Source of the DNA: Vibrio vulnificus CMCP6
GTDB lineage: Bacteria > Pseudomonadota > Gammaproteobacteria > Enterobacterales > Vibrionaceae
NCBI RefSeq assembly: GCF_000039765.1
Contig: NC_004460.2
Span: 300,001 to 332,000, forward strand
Reading direction: 5' to 3'
Length of the DNA stretch: 32,000 nt
Shown here: piece by piece, positions 8,012 through 15,916 of the stretch
Position numbering within the stretch: the first letter of the stretch is position 1
How the letters are laid out: the number at the start of each line of letters is the position of its first letter
The notes under the pieces: model-generated
What the model was told of the DNA's origin: nothing
The model's input: only the letters and a program-made list of their open reading frames with translations
Databases searched by the model: none
Made by a program: the position numbers and the translations under genes

Positions 8012-10690
8012 TCAGGGATTCAGTGGCAACACCATATCTGCAACGCCATCTTCAAATTGGATATCCAGGCTAAAACCAAGCTTTTGAGCAAGCGTTAACA
8101 TGCCACGGTTTGTTGGCATGGTCATGCCAGTCATCTTCTTCGTGCCTTTCTGACGACAATAATCAATGATCTTATTCATCAGGACTTTTCCTAAACCTTT
8201 GCCTTTTAGATCAGAACGAATCAATATCGCAAACTCCGCCTCCGTGTTTTCAGGATTAATCAAGGCTCGCGCAACGCCAATGATTTTTGCCTCTCCGGAT
8301 GAAAACGATACGGCGACAAAGGCCATTTCTCGGTCGTAATCTATTTGGGTCAGATTCGCCAAGGCTTCGTGATTAAATTCACCTACATCACTGAAAAATC
8401 GCTTATAGAGATCTTCTTTGGAAACATTATTTATGAACTCAGCGTGCGAAGGTTCATCCTCTGGCAATATCGGCCTTAGTAGAATGGGTTCTCCATCTTT
8501 CAGCTGCATGGTTTCTACAAACTCAGCGGGGAAAGGGCGTATAGCAAGGCGCTCTTGACCGTGGCCTAGGTAGTTCTCTAAAGTCAGATCCGCGTCCAAA
8601 ATGGTAAAATGCTCGCCATTTGCCAGAACTGGATGAATGTCCAGTTCTTTAATCTGCGGTAGCTCAACCACCATTTGAGAAATGCGAACCAAAAATTTTG
8701 CCAGTCCAAGAACATCCATTGGTTCAGGCAGTTTTTGTAGGCGTATATGGCCTTCTTTAATCGCGCGCACAATCTGATAGCGTGCCAGCGTCATATTTAG
8801 AGGCGGTAACGCTGCCGTTGCATCACGAGCTTCGCTCCATTCCGAACCTCCTTGACCAAGTAGAATTACTGGACCAAACACTTTGTCCGTTATGACTTTT
8901 ACGCGAATTTCTTCCCCTCCGGCAAGTTTAGCCATGCCTTGGACCAGTAGCCCATGTATGTTGGCACTAGGGTAGGCAAGTTTTGTACGATCGAGAATAG
9001 CGTCAGCCGCTGACGCTACTTCTTGGCTATTACTCAGATTCAGCATGACGCCCTGGACATCAGACTTATGTGCAATGTCAGGAGAGCGCAACTTCACCGC
9101 AACGGGATAACCGATTTGCTCGGCAATATGCACGGCCTCGGAGGTATCACTTGCAATCCAGGTCGGCAAAACATCAAAGTGGAACAGCTTTAACAAACTG
9201 CCCAATTGGTGAGTATCAAGCTGTGCGATTTCCTTATCCATCAAATGCTCTGAAACCCACGCTTTCGCAGCATTGACGTCGGAAACGTGCAATGGTTCTG
9301 CGGTTGTCGGCGTTTCCATCAGTTGTTTCTGATTGCGGCGGTATTCCACCAAATGCATGAAAGCCACAACTGCGCTTTCTGGTGTTCTATAAGTTGGTAT
9401 TCCCGCTTTAGTGAGTATCATGCGGGCTGGCTTTGCAGTTTGTTCACCAGACCAATTCGTTAATATATTGAAACGCTTGTGTCTCGGATGACTCTGTATT
9501 GCATCGACAATCGCTTGCGCTGTTTCTACGGAGTCTGAAACCGCAGAAGGGCTATGCATAATCAGGACCGCATCTGCACAATCACTATCAAGGATGGCGT
9601 TAATAGTTGCAACGTAACGTTTTTTATCCGCATCGCCCACAATATCAATAGGATTATTGTGGGACCAACTACTTGGTAGATGCTGAGAAAGCATCTCTAT
9701 CGTTTCCGAAGATAAGTTGGCTAACTGCCCACCTCGTTCAAATAGTGTGTCGACGGCCATTAATGCGGGCCCCGCACCATTAGTAATAATGGCAAGTCGC
9801 TCACCTCGCAATGGAACCGAATGGGTGAGGGTTTCTACTGCTGCAAACAGTTCGTGTGTGTTGTTGACTCGTAGCATTCCCGAACGTCGGATAGCTGAGT
9901 CATAAACGATATCAAGTGTATCCGCGCCCGATTTATTTAATGCTCTTCGACCAAGAATCGAACGTCCACCTTTCAAAACGAGAATGCGTCGATTACGTGA
10001 GGCTGCGCGGGCTGCAGAAATAAATCGTCGTGCATCAGTGATTGAGTCAACATAAAGCAAGATGGCGTCGGTTTTACTGTCTGTTGAAAGGTAATCAAGC
10101 AATTCGTCAAAATCGATGTCGAGACCGTTACCAATCGAAACAAAAGCGGAAAAACCAATTTCTTTGTCATTGGCCCAATCCAAAATTGTTGTACACACCG
10201 CGGCAGACTGAGAAATAAATGCTATCTTCCCCGGCTTTGCCGTTACGGGAGAGAAGGAAGCGTTAAATTTTTGCCAAGGTAGGATCAAACCAAGACTGTT
10301 TGGTCCAAGCACTCGCATGTTACTTTCGCGCGCAATACGCAAACACGCATCGGCGACAGACTGATCGTCTTGATGGGGGTAATCTGTATCTGACGCCAAC
10401 ACTATGACAAACTCAGTACCAATTTCTGCCAGTTGTTTAAAAAGCGCTACATTGCGCTCTGAGCGAGTACACAGAATAGCAATGTCGGGGACAAGCGGCA
10501 GTTCAGTAACAGAGGGGTAGGCGAGAACACCAGCGACAGATTTGTATCTTGGCGTGACCGGTATAATCGTGCCATCAAACCCGCTTTGAAGCAGGTTTTT
10601 CATTACTATGTTACCTGCACTTAAGTGACGTTGTGACGCACCAATAACCGCGATTGAAGTGGGTTTAAACAGTTTCTGTAGCTTATGCAC
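8012..10690 (-). CDS. yfiQ: Protein lysine acetyltransferase Pat/YfiQ (acyl-CoA synthetase-like N-terminal region + C-terminal GNAT)
   Basis: 892 aa. The N-terminus KPTSIAVIGASQRHLSAGNIVMKNLLQSGFDGTIIPVTPRYKSVAGVLAYPSV parallels E. coli YfiQ/PatZ. A C-terminal GNAT motif is present (IRSDLKGKGLGKVLM). GTG start with GGGAGA 7 nt upstream. Confidence 0.85.
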   Translation of the reverse strand: MHKLQKLFKPTSIAVIGASQRHLSAGNIVMKNLLQSGFDGTIIPVTPRYKSVAGVLAYPSVTELPLVPDIAILCTRSERNVALFKQLAEIGTEFVIVLASDTDYPHQDDQSVADACLRIARESNMRVLGPNSLGLILPWQKFNASFSPVTAKPGKIAFISQSAAVCTTILDWANDKEIGFSAFVSIGNGLDIDFDELLDYLSTDSKTDAILLYVDSITDARRFISAARAASRNRRILVLKGGRSILGRRALNKSGADTLDIVYDSAIRRSGMLRVNNTHELFAAVETLTHSVPLRGERLAIITNGAGPALMAVDTLFERGGQLANLSSETIEMLSQHLPSSWSHNNPIDIVGDADKKRYVATINAILDSDCADAVLIMHSPSAVSDSVETAQAIVDAIQSHPRHKRFNILTNWSGEQTAKPARMILTKAGIPTYRTPESAVVAFMHLVEYRRNQKQLMETPTTAEPLHVSDVNAAKAWVSEHLMDKEIAQLDTHQLGSLLKLFHFDVLPTWIASDTSEAVHIAEQIGYPVAVKLRSPDIAHKSDVQGVMLNLSNSQEVASAADAILDRTKLAYPSANIHGLLVQGMAKLAGGEEIRVKVITDKVFGPVILLGQGGSEWSEARDATAALPPLNMTLARYQIVRAIKEGHIRLQKLPEPMDVLGLAKFLVRISQMVVELPQIKELDIHPVLANGEHFTILDADLTLENYLGHGQERLAIRPFPAEFVETMQLKDGEPILLRPILPEDEPSHAEFINNVSKEDLYKRFFSDVGEFNHEALANLTQIDYDREMAFVAVSFSSGEAKIIGVARALINPENTEAEFAILIRSDLKGKGLGKVLMNKIIDYCRQKGTKKMTGMTMPTNRGMLTLAQKLGFSLDIQFEDGVADMVLPLNP

Positions 10691-10914
10691 TTGGCTTTCT
10701 CCCTGCTTCGTCGCATGACCTTGTGGAGTTCATCATAAACAAAATCGTCGATAGTGAAATGTTTATAAATAGAACTATGCTTACAAAAACAGCACGCCGT
10801 ATGTAGATTGTGTAATAAGTCACATGTTCTAAGCGGATTATTGACATCTAGGCTTGATTCTCTGCATCGCTATCGGCATGATTTAAGATAAATTTTTTAA
10901 GAGTTAGTCATTCC

Positions 10915-11490
10915 ATGAAAAAAGTTGCCATTATCACTCTTTCTGTTTTGCTGTCTGCTTGTGCGTCAGATAACTACGTTGCTAACGTAACGACCGAGAG
11001 CCACCGCGAAGAATTTAAAATTGAACCTATTCCCGAGCCTTTGATGGCACAAGAAGAAACCGTTCAAGAGGTGAGTATTCCGCAGCAAGTGGTTAAAATG
11101 GAGCCACAAACGGAAGAGAAAAAAGTCGTTAAACTCAGCCCTCAGTCCGAAACCACCAAAGCAGTGAAGATAGTCCCGCCGAGCAAAAAGCAACAAGACA
11201 AAATGCAGCGTTTTGGTTACACGGTTCAAGTTGTTGCTGTCGGCTCTCAAGCAAAAGTTGACTACTTTGCTTCTAAACTGCCTAAAGACGGTCAACCTAT
11301 TTGGGAAAACTATAAGATTGTCAATGGTACTAAATGGTTCACAGTATTATATGGTGACTTCGCAACAAGCACTGAAGCAAAGAAAGCCATTGCACAATTG
11401 CCCCAAGAGTTTAAAGAATTGCAGCCTTTTGTAAAAAGCATTGATGCCATCAAAAACTCTGAATACCCAACACTCAACAAACTAAACTAA
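10915..11490 (+). CDS. SPOR-domain lipoprotein
   Basis: Lipobox LLSAC at residues 12-16, an E/K/Q/P-rich linker and a C-terminal SPOR-like domain (YTVQVVAVGSQAKVDYFASKL...WFTVLYGDFATSTEAKKAI). Confidence 0.75.
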   Translation: MKKVAIITLSVLLSACASDNYVANVTTESHREEFKIEPIPEPLMAQEETVQEVSIPQQVVKMEPQTEEKKVVKLSPQSETTKAVKIVPPSKKQQDKMQRFGYTVQVVAVGSQAKVDYFASKLPKDGQPIWENYKIVNGTKWFTVLYGDFATSTEAKKAIAQLPQEFKELQPFVKSIDAIKNSEYPTLNKLN

Positions 11491-11508
11491 GTGACAACGA
11501 CATAAAAA

Positions 11509-11538
11509 CGAAAGGAGCCTAGCGCTCCTTTCGTTTTT
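11509..11538 (+). terminator. Intrinsic terminator after the SPOR gene
   Basis: CGAAAGGAGC / GCTCCTTTCG stem followed by TTTTT. Confidence 0.65.
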
Positions 11539-11656
11539 GTACAACAACTAGTCATTCAGTGGGTAAAAGCCATTTTTTACCAATAAATGACTGTACGAAT
11601 AGCAAGGTATCGCTATCATTGAGACAGCGTGTCTTCTATCACGGAAAGATTTAACA

Positions 11657-12652
11657 ATGATGAGAAATGTTCTACTTTTATGCGGCGGTGGTTCTTCAGA
11701 ACACGAAATTTCGCTGCTTTCTTCTGAATACCTTCAGCAACAACTTGGCTTAATTGAGAATGTAAATGTCCTAAAGGTTGAGATTAAGAACGAAGGTTGG
11801 TTTGACCAAAAAGAGAGACTTGTGTATCTCGATATCCATACGAAAAGCGTGAAAAGCGATGAGTTTAATGAATCGATACACATCGATTTCATTGTACCTT
11901 GTATTCATGGCTTTCCGGGTGAAACAGGGGATATTCAATCACTTTTTGAGCTTGCAGGTATTCCTTATCTGGGCTGTGGTCCTGAAGCTAGCAGTAACAG
12001 CTTCAATAAAATCACGTCGAAACTATGGTATGACGCGATTGGCATTCCTAACACACCGTATCTTTTCCTAACAGAGAACAACGAAGAGTCTCACCAGCTC
12101 AGTAGAGAGGCATTCGATAAATGGGGCAAACTGTTTGTCAAAGCGGCGAGACAGGGGTCATCTGTTGGTTGTTACAGTGTAACCAAAATAGAGCAGCTTT
12201 CTGATGCCATTGATAAAGCGTTCGGATTCTCTCATCAGGTATTGGTTGAAAAGGCAGTAAAACCAAGAGAATTAGAAGTTTCCGCATATGAGATGAACGG
12301 TCAACTTCATATTTCAAAGCCAGGTGAAATTATTGCTCCAGACGGCGCTTTTTACTCCTACGATGAGAAATACAGTGCGGGTAGCCATTCAATCACAGAA
12401 GTGGAAGCGAAAAACTTAACCGAACAGCAGCTAGCGACGATTCAACTGTGCAGCGAGAAAGTCTTTCGTCAGATGAACCTTCGTCATTTGTCTCGAATCG
12501 ATTTCTTCTTAACCAGTGAAGGAGAGATCTACCTTAATGAAGTGAATACCTTTCCTGGAATGACAAAAATTTCCATGTTCCCCAAAATGCTCCAACACAA
12601 TGGACATAAGTTTCATGAATTCCTAGCGGACTGCATTGAACGCTCACTTTAA
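11657..12652 (+). CDS. ddl: D-alanine--D-alanine ligase
   Basis: 331 aa ATP-grasp Ddl-type sequence (LLLCGGGSSEHEISLLSS..., ..GSSVGC.., ..LNEVNTFPGMT..). Confidence 0.9.
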   Translation: MMRNVLLLCGGGSSEHEISLLSSEYLQQQLGLIENVNVLKVEIKNEGWFDQKERLVYLDIHTKSVKSDEFNESIHIDFIVPCIHGFPGETGDIQSLFELAGIPYLGCGPEASSNSFNKITSKLWYDAIGIPNTPYLFLTENNEESHQLSREAFDKWGKLFVKAARQGSSVGCYSVTKIEQLSDAIDKAFGFSHQVLVEKAVKPRELEVSAYEMNGQLHISKPGEIIAPDGAFYSYDEKYSAGSHSITEVEAKNLTEQQLATIQLCSEKVFRQMNLRHLSRIDFFLTSEGEIYLNEVNTFPGMTKISMFPKMLQHNGHKFHEFLADCIERSL

Positions 12653-12948
12653 GCATTAAAGAAAATCGGCGCTTTTAACATTGTTTTTCAACAAAAAGCG
12701 CCGTTTTATAATCAGTAAATCATGGGAATTCAATTATCTAATCCGTCATTCTTTTTACGAAATAGCACCTTAAAAACCAGACAATACACCTACTAATATG
12801 TGATTGATTGAAGAGTATCTTCATGGTGGAAAAGGTTTTTTTTCATTTCATTGCACCAAAGCACGCTATTATAAGAATTTTATACTTGCTAAGCGTCTGA
12901 TTACTATTATGATTATAGTAAGACTTAATTAATAGATGATTCAGTTAC

Positions 12949-13323
12949 ATGGCTATATCTCATTACCGTGGTTTTAACTTACAGTCTGCACCAAATGATA
13001 CGAACATCTGGCAAGTAAAGATTAAGAATCGAGTGCTTCAAGGAAGCTTAAGTGCAGTGAAAAAGAGCATTGATTGGTGGTGCGATACTGCATCGATCAT
13101 TGATCCTAGAGAGTTTTCTTCGCTTGACAGAAAGCAAGAAGCGACAGGCTCTCCTCAGGCAGAAAACTTTAATGGTTTTGCCATTAAAAACGATACAGGT
13201 GAACCAAACGCTTGGTATTGTTTCTTTAATGGCAAACTCATTAAAGGTTCCAAAGCGGCTATTCAGCGACATATAGAAGCTTATTTGATCGCGAAACAAA
13301 AGGCCGAACAACAGAAGAAATAG
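12949..13323 (+). CDS. Hypothetical protein with an internal ~40-aa duplication
   Basis: 124 aa. The repeats are GFNLQSAPNDTNIWQVKIKNRVLQGSLSAVKKSI and GFAIKNDTGEPNAWYCFFNGKLIKGSKAAIQRHI. The stop lies 2 nt before the yciH ATG. Confidence 0.6.
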   Translation: MAISHYRGFNLQSAPNDTNIWQVKIKNRVLQGSLSAVKKSIDWWCDTASIIDPREFSSLDRKQEATGSPQAENFNGFAIKNDTGEPNAWYCFFNGKLIKGSKAAIQRHIEAYLIAKQKAEQQKK

Positions 13324-13325
13324 TA

Positions 13326-13637
13326 ATGACTCTTGTATATTCAACAGAAACAGGCCGAATCAAACCAGAAGAACCTAAAGCTTCGCGCCCAAAAGGCGAT
13401 GGTATTGTTCGAATTCAGCGAGAAACCAAAGGCCGAAAAGGCAAAGGGGTTTGCGTTGTCACTGGCTTGGATCTCGATGATGCTCCATTGAAGCTTCTCG
13501 CCGCAGAGTTGAAGAAAATCTGTGGTTGTGGTGGTAGTGTTAAAGATGGCAACATAGAGATTCAAGGTGATGCTCGTGACAAAATCAAAACGCATCTTGA
13601 AAAAAAAGGCATGAAAGTAAAATTTGCCGGCGGTTAA
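13326..13637 (+). CDS. yciH: SUI1-family translation initiation factor-like protein YciH
   Basis: 103 aa. LVYSTETGR... N-terminus and the SUI1 core (GIVRIQRETKGRKGKGVCVVTGL..., ..GGSVKDGNIEIQGD). Confidence 0.85.
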   Translation: MTLVYSTETGRIKPEEPKASRPKGDGIVRIQRETKGRKGKGVCVVTGLDLDDAPLKLLAAELKKICGCGGSVKDGNIEIQGDARDKIKTHLEKKGMKVKFAGG

Positions 13638-13641
13638 TTTC

Positions 13642-13667
13642 AAAGGAGCTTTCAAAGCTCCTTTTTT
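13642..13667 (+). terminator. Intrinsic terminator after yciH
   Basis: AAAGGAGCTT / AAGCTCCTTT stem followed by a T-run. Confidence 0.65.
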
Positions 13668-13729
13668 AATCTCGTTCAAAGTAAGCAGTTCACATTAAAC
13701 GACATAATGAATCAGCAATCGAAGCAACC

Positions 13730-13770
13730 AATATAGAACCTTAAATCTTTGATTAATAAGGTTCTATATT
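13730..13770. repeat. 41-bp inverted repeat (14-bp perfect arms)
   Basis: AATATAGAACCTTA (13730-13743) pairs with TAAGGTTCTATATT (13757-13770). The loop can extend the pairing (AATC/GATT). No clear T-run follows. Confidence 0.6.
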
Positions 13771-13952
13771 AGGTATTTTATGGTAAATCAGAATACTGTT
13801 AAATATGCATACTCTTATGAACCTAACAAAAACCTAGAAACACCAACACATGAAGTTAGCGTAGACCTATAACTCACAATAGGCAAGTGATTGGAAAGCA
13901 GGGTAAGTGATTGAAATAGATCTACTTATGAACTTAACTAAAAACCCGATTT

Positions 13953-13980
13953 ATTTAACATAACGTACATAATGCGCACC
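13953..13980 (-). other. dif: dif chromosome dimer-resolution site (XerC arm - 6-bp centre - XerD arm)
   Basis: The minus strand reads GGTGCGCATTA-TGTACG-TTATGTTAAAT. As I remember them, E. coli dif is GGTGCGCATAATGTATATTATGTTAAAT and V. cholerae dif1 is AGTGCGCATTATGTATGTTATGTTAAAT, so the XerD arm is identical and the XerC arm differs by 1 nt. Confidence 0.85.
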
Positions 13981-14228
13981 AAAGCATTGGTTTTTAACAT
14001 TTCAAATATTTATCGAAATCCCGCAAATTTTATCCAGCTAAAACAATCACATAATACAACATATTGCATTGTAAAACCGTTTCGTTATCTCAAGTTATTA
14101 AGGCTGCACTATGAAAAGAAATGAACAAAATAATTCTTTTCGTCATTTGATAGCCCTTGGCAATCAAAACCCCTCGCAGCAATCGAAAATAACCATTAAT
14201 AACGCTGATAATTTGAGAGGTTTATCAC

Positions 14229-14651
14229 ATGGATTTTGAAGCCTTTAACGTCTTATTCTGGCGAGTGTTTCCAAGTATCAAAGCTGGCGCGGAATACTTC
14301 CACGTTCAACCCGCGACCGTTCGCCGCTGGCTTTCGGGCTCGATACCCATCAACCCAATGGCTGAAAAGCTGGTAATCATCAAATCCCTTGGCTATTTAC
14401 CTAATGATATTCGCTGGCGTGGCTTTCGTATTGATGAAGCCCGCGCGGTACTCATTACCCCTAGCGGGCGCGAGTTTTCGCCCAAAGAGTTGGAAGCCTT
14501 CGCCTATCAAAAAGACGAGTATCAACACTTTCTTGAGCAATACGAACGGCCACAAAGCCCCAAATATTACCCCGCAAAAGAGAACATTTTACCCTTTAAA
14601 GGCGGTCGCCGGATGACTGCCGCGCCTTGGATACCAAGCAAATTGAAGTAA
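14229..14651 (+). CDS. Phage HTH protein, DUF3653-like; candidate Xer activation factor (XafT-like)
   Basis: 140 aa. An HTH-like segment (AGAEYFHVQPATVRRWLSG) is followed by RWRGFRIDEARAVLITPSGREFSPKELEAF. It is the only + strand gene at this end, ~250 bp from dif. The family call is from memory only. Confidence 0.45.
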   Translation: MDFEAFNVLFWRVFPSIKAGAEYFHVQPATVRRWLSGSIPINPMAEKLVIIKSLGYLPNDIRWRGFRIDEARAVLITPSGREFSPKELEAFAYQKDEYQHFLEQYERPQSPKYYPAKENILPFKGGRRMTAAPWIPSKLK

Positions 14652-14653
14652 CA

Positions 14654-14681
14654 AAAAGGCCGCAATTAAGCGGCCTTTTTT
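14654..14681. terminator. Bidirectional intrinsic terminator
   Basis: AAAAGGCCGC / GCGGCCTTTT hairpin flanked by A- and T-runs, between convergent genes. Confidence 0.65.
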
Positions 14682-14703
14682 CATCCAGTTTTTCAAGTAA
14701 CTA

Positions 14704-15024
14704 TCAACCCCAAGCTCTCAATGCTTCATCATTCAATAACTCTGCGTGGTTTCCTATGATTGTTAAATGAATATGGGCTGCTGTGCTGTCTAATTGAACT
14801 CCATTATCACCAACCTTTAGAGCCCAAGACTCTAAATCGAACTTGTTTTTTAATCGGTGGATAAACAGATAAGCTGTACCTGGCTGAATGTATTGTGTGC
14901 TGTACGTTACATCAACAAAGCCTTTGGTATTAAGTTCATCAACGTTACTTTTTATAAAATATTCTATTTCGTTTTGAATCTCTTCAGCTTGACCCAAAAA
15001 AAAGTCTGTGGCGTTTCTTAACAT
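14704..15024 (-). CDS. Hypothetical 106-aa protein; low-GC stand-alone cargo gene
   Basis: The ATG at 15024 has AAGGAG 7 nt upstream (the track start at 15045 lacks an SD). It is bracketed by terminators at 14654-14681 and 15095-15127. I recognise no family. Confidence 0.6.
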   Translation of the reverse strand: MLRNATDFFLGQAEEIQNEIEYFIKSNVDELNTKGFVDVTYSTQYIQPGTAYLFIHRLKNKFDLESWALKVGDNGVQLDSTAAHIHLTIIGNHAELLNDEALRAWG

Positions 15025-15094
15025 AGCATTACTCCTTTTAATCATCGCTATAAGCTTAGATATGGGGGTCTTAGCAATGAAAGCAACTGCATAA

Positions 15095-15127
15095 AGAAAA
15101 AAACCGCAATTATGCGGTTTTTTTTTC
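15095..15127. terminator. Intrinsic terminator ending the long minus-strand structural operon
   Basis: AAACCGCA-ATTA-TGCGGTTT hairpin with an A-run on one side and a T-run on the other. It overlaps the stop codon of the last operon gene. Confidence 0.6.
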
Positions 15128-15256
15128 TAGCTCTGTGATTCGGCTATCCAGCTTTTCGAGTGTGAGCTTTATCCAAGCTATATCGACACGCAGCGCAACC
15201 ACCGTTGCAATACTGGACGCCGCACCCGTCACCACGGCAATTATGATTGTTTCCAT
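15110..15256 (-). CDS. 48-aa membrane protein (TM + short coiled-coil tail)
   Basis: METIIIAVVTGAASSIATVVALRVDIAWIKLTLEKLDSRITELEKKTA. The start is uncertain (the track gives 15322). It overlaps the upstream gene. Confidence 0.4.
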   Translation of the reverse strand: METIIIAVVTGAASSIATVVALRVDIAWIKLTLEKLDSRITELEKKTA

Positions 15257-15456
15257 TCCTTGCGCACCGTTTCCCACAAACCCAACATAAGGGGAACGGT
15301 TGTACCAATCAATCCGCCCCATTGAATACCCGCTTCGCTCACGCTGGCGGTGATCAATTCAGGGCGACCTATCGCCAGCGTTGCCCCCGCTGCGACCAGT
15401 GCCAAGCCTTTTTTGGTTGAAGGCTCTTTTAGTCGCTCTTTAATCCATTTTTCCAT
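15241..15456 (-). CDS. 71-aa two-TM membrane protein
   Basis: Hydrophobic segments GLALVAAGATLAIG and GGLIGTTVPLMLGLW. Tightly packed within the operon. Confidence 0.55.
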   Translation of the reverse strand: MEKWIKERLKEPSTKKGLALVAAGATLAIGRPELITASVSEAGIQWGGLIGTTVPLMLGLWETVRKEWKQS

Positions 15457-15459
15457 GGT

Positions 15460-15822
15460 TCACCTATCCATTAACTGATTTGTTATAGCCACATTGACCA
15501 GCGCGTGATATTGCGGTTTAAGCTGACCGCCACGCTTGCCAAAGAGTTCTTTTAAATACGGTTGATATTGGGCCACTTTCCACAAGGTAAAATCGGCCTC
15601 TGGCGTTAATCGCTTTTCATCGTCCAGATAGAAATCGCGAATCATGAGCGGGGCCAGTTCAACGGGTTCCCACCCGTTAAACTTGGCTAAAAAATCGCTC
15701 AATACCTTGCCCGCCGTTTGGGTATTGTCTGCCGTCCATTTATCAAGTGACGCGGTCACACTGCCCCGCATCGCCCAGACTGCCACGGCAACCCCCATCA
15801 ACCACCACGCCGCGCGGCTCAT
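15460..15822 (-). CDS. 120-aa protein with an N-terminal membrane anchor/signal
   Basis: The in-frame ATG at 15822 gives MSRAAWWLMGVAVAVWAMRG... It overlaps (ATGA) the stop of an upstream micro-ORF. The 41 extra N-terminal residues of the track version are W/C/H-rich and overlap other genes. Confidence 0.5.
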   Translation of the reverse strand: MSRAAWWLMGVAVAVWAMRGSVTASLDKWTADNTQTAGKVLSDFLAKFNGWEPVELAPLMIRDFYLDDEKRLTPEADFTLWKVAQYQPYLKELFGKRGGQLKPQYHALVNVAITNQLMDR

Positions 15823-15908
15823 AGCTTGCCCGCTTGATTTAACTTGCTTACCACCATTGCACCAAGCACCGTGCCAATGACACTCACCGCAATATTGATT
15901 GCTATCAT
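15819..15908 (-). CDS. 29-aa TM micro-ORF (MIAINIAVSVIGTVLGAMVVSKLNQAGKL)
   Basis: It fills the gap between the 161-aa gene stop (15917) and the 15822 start and is ATGA-coupled to the downstream gene. It has no strong SD. Confidence 0.35.
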   Translation of the reverse strand: MIAINIAVSVIGTVLGAMVVSKLNQAGKL

Positions 15909-15916
15909 TTTGCCAT

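Noticed and set aside
10966-11295. 109-aa antisense ORF within the SPOR lipoprotein gene; similar shadows at 279..548, 987..1262, 13048..13344 and 13341..13679
   Set aside because: They lie opposite well-supported genes, their translations lack recognisable features, and they have no SD.
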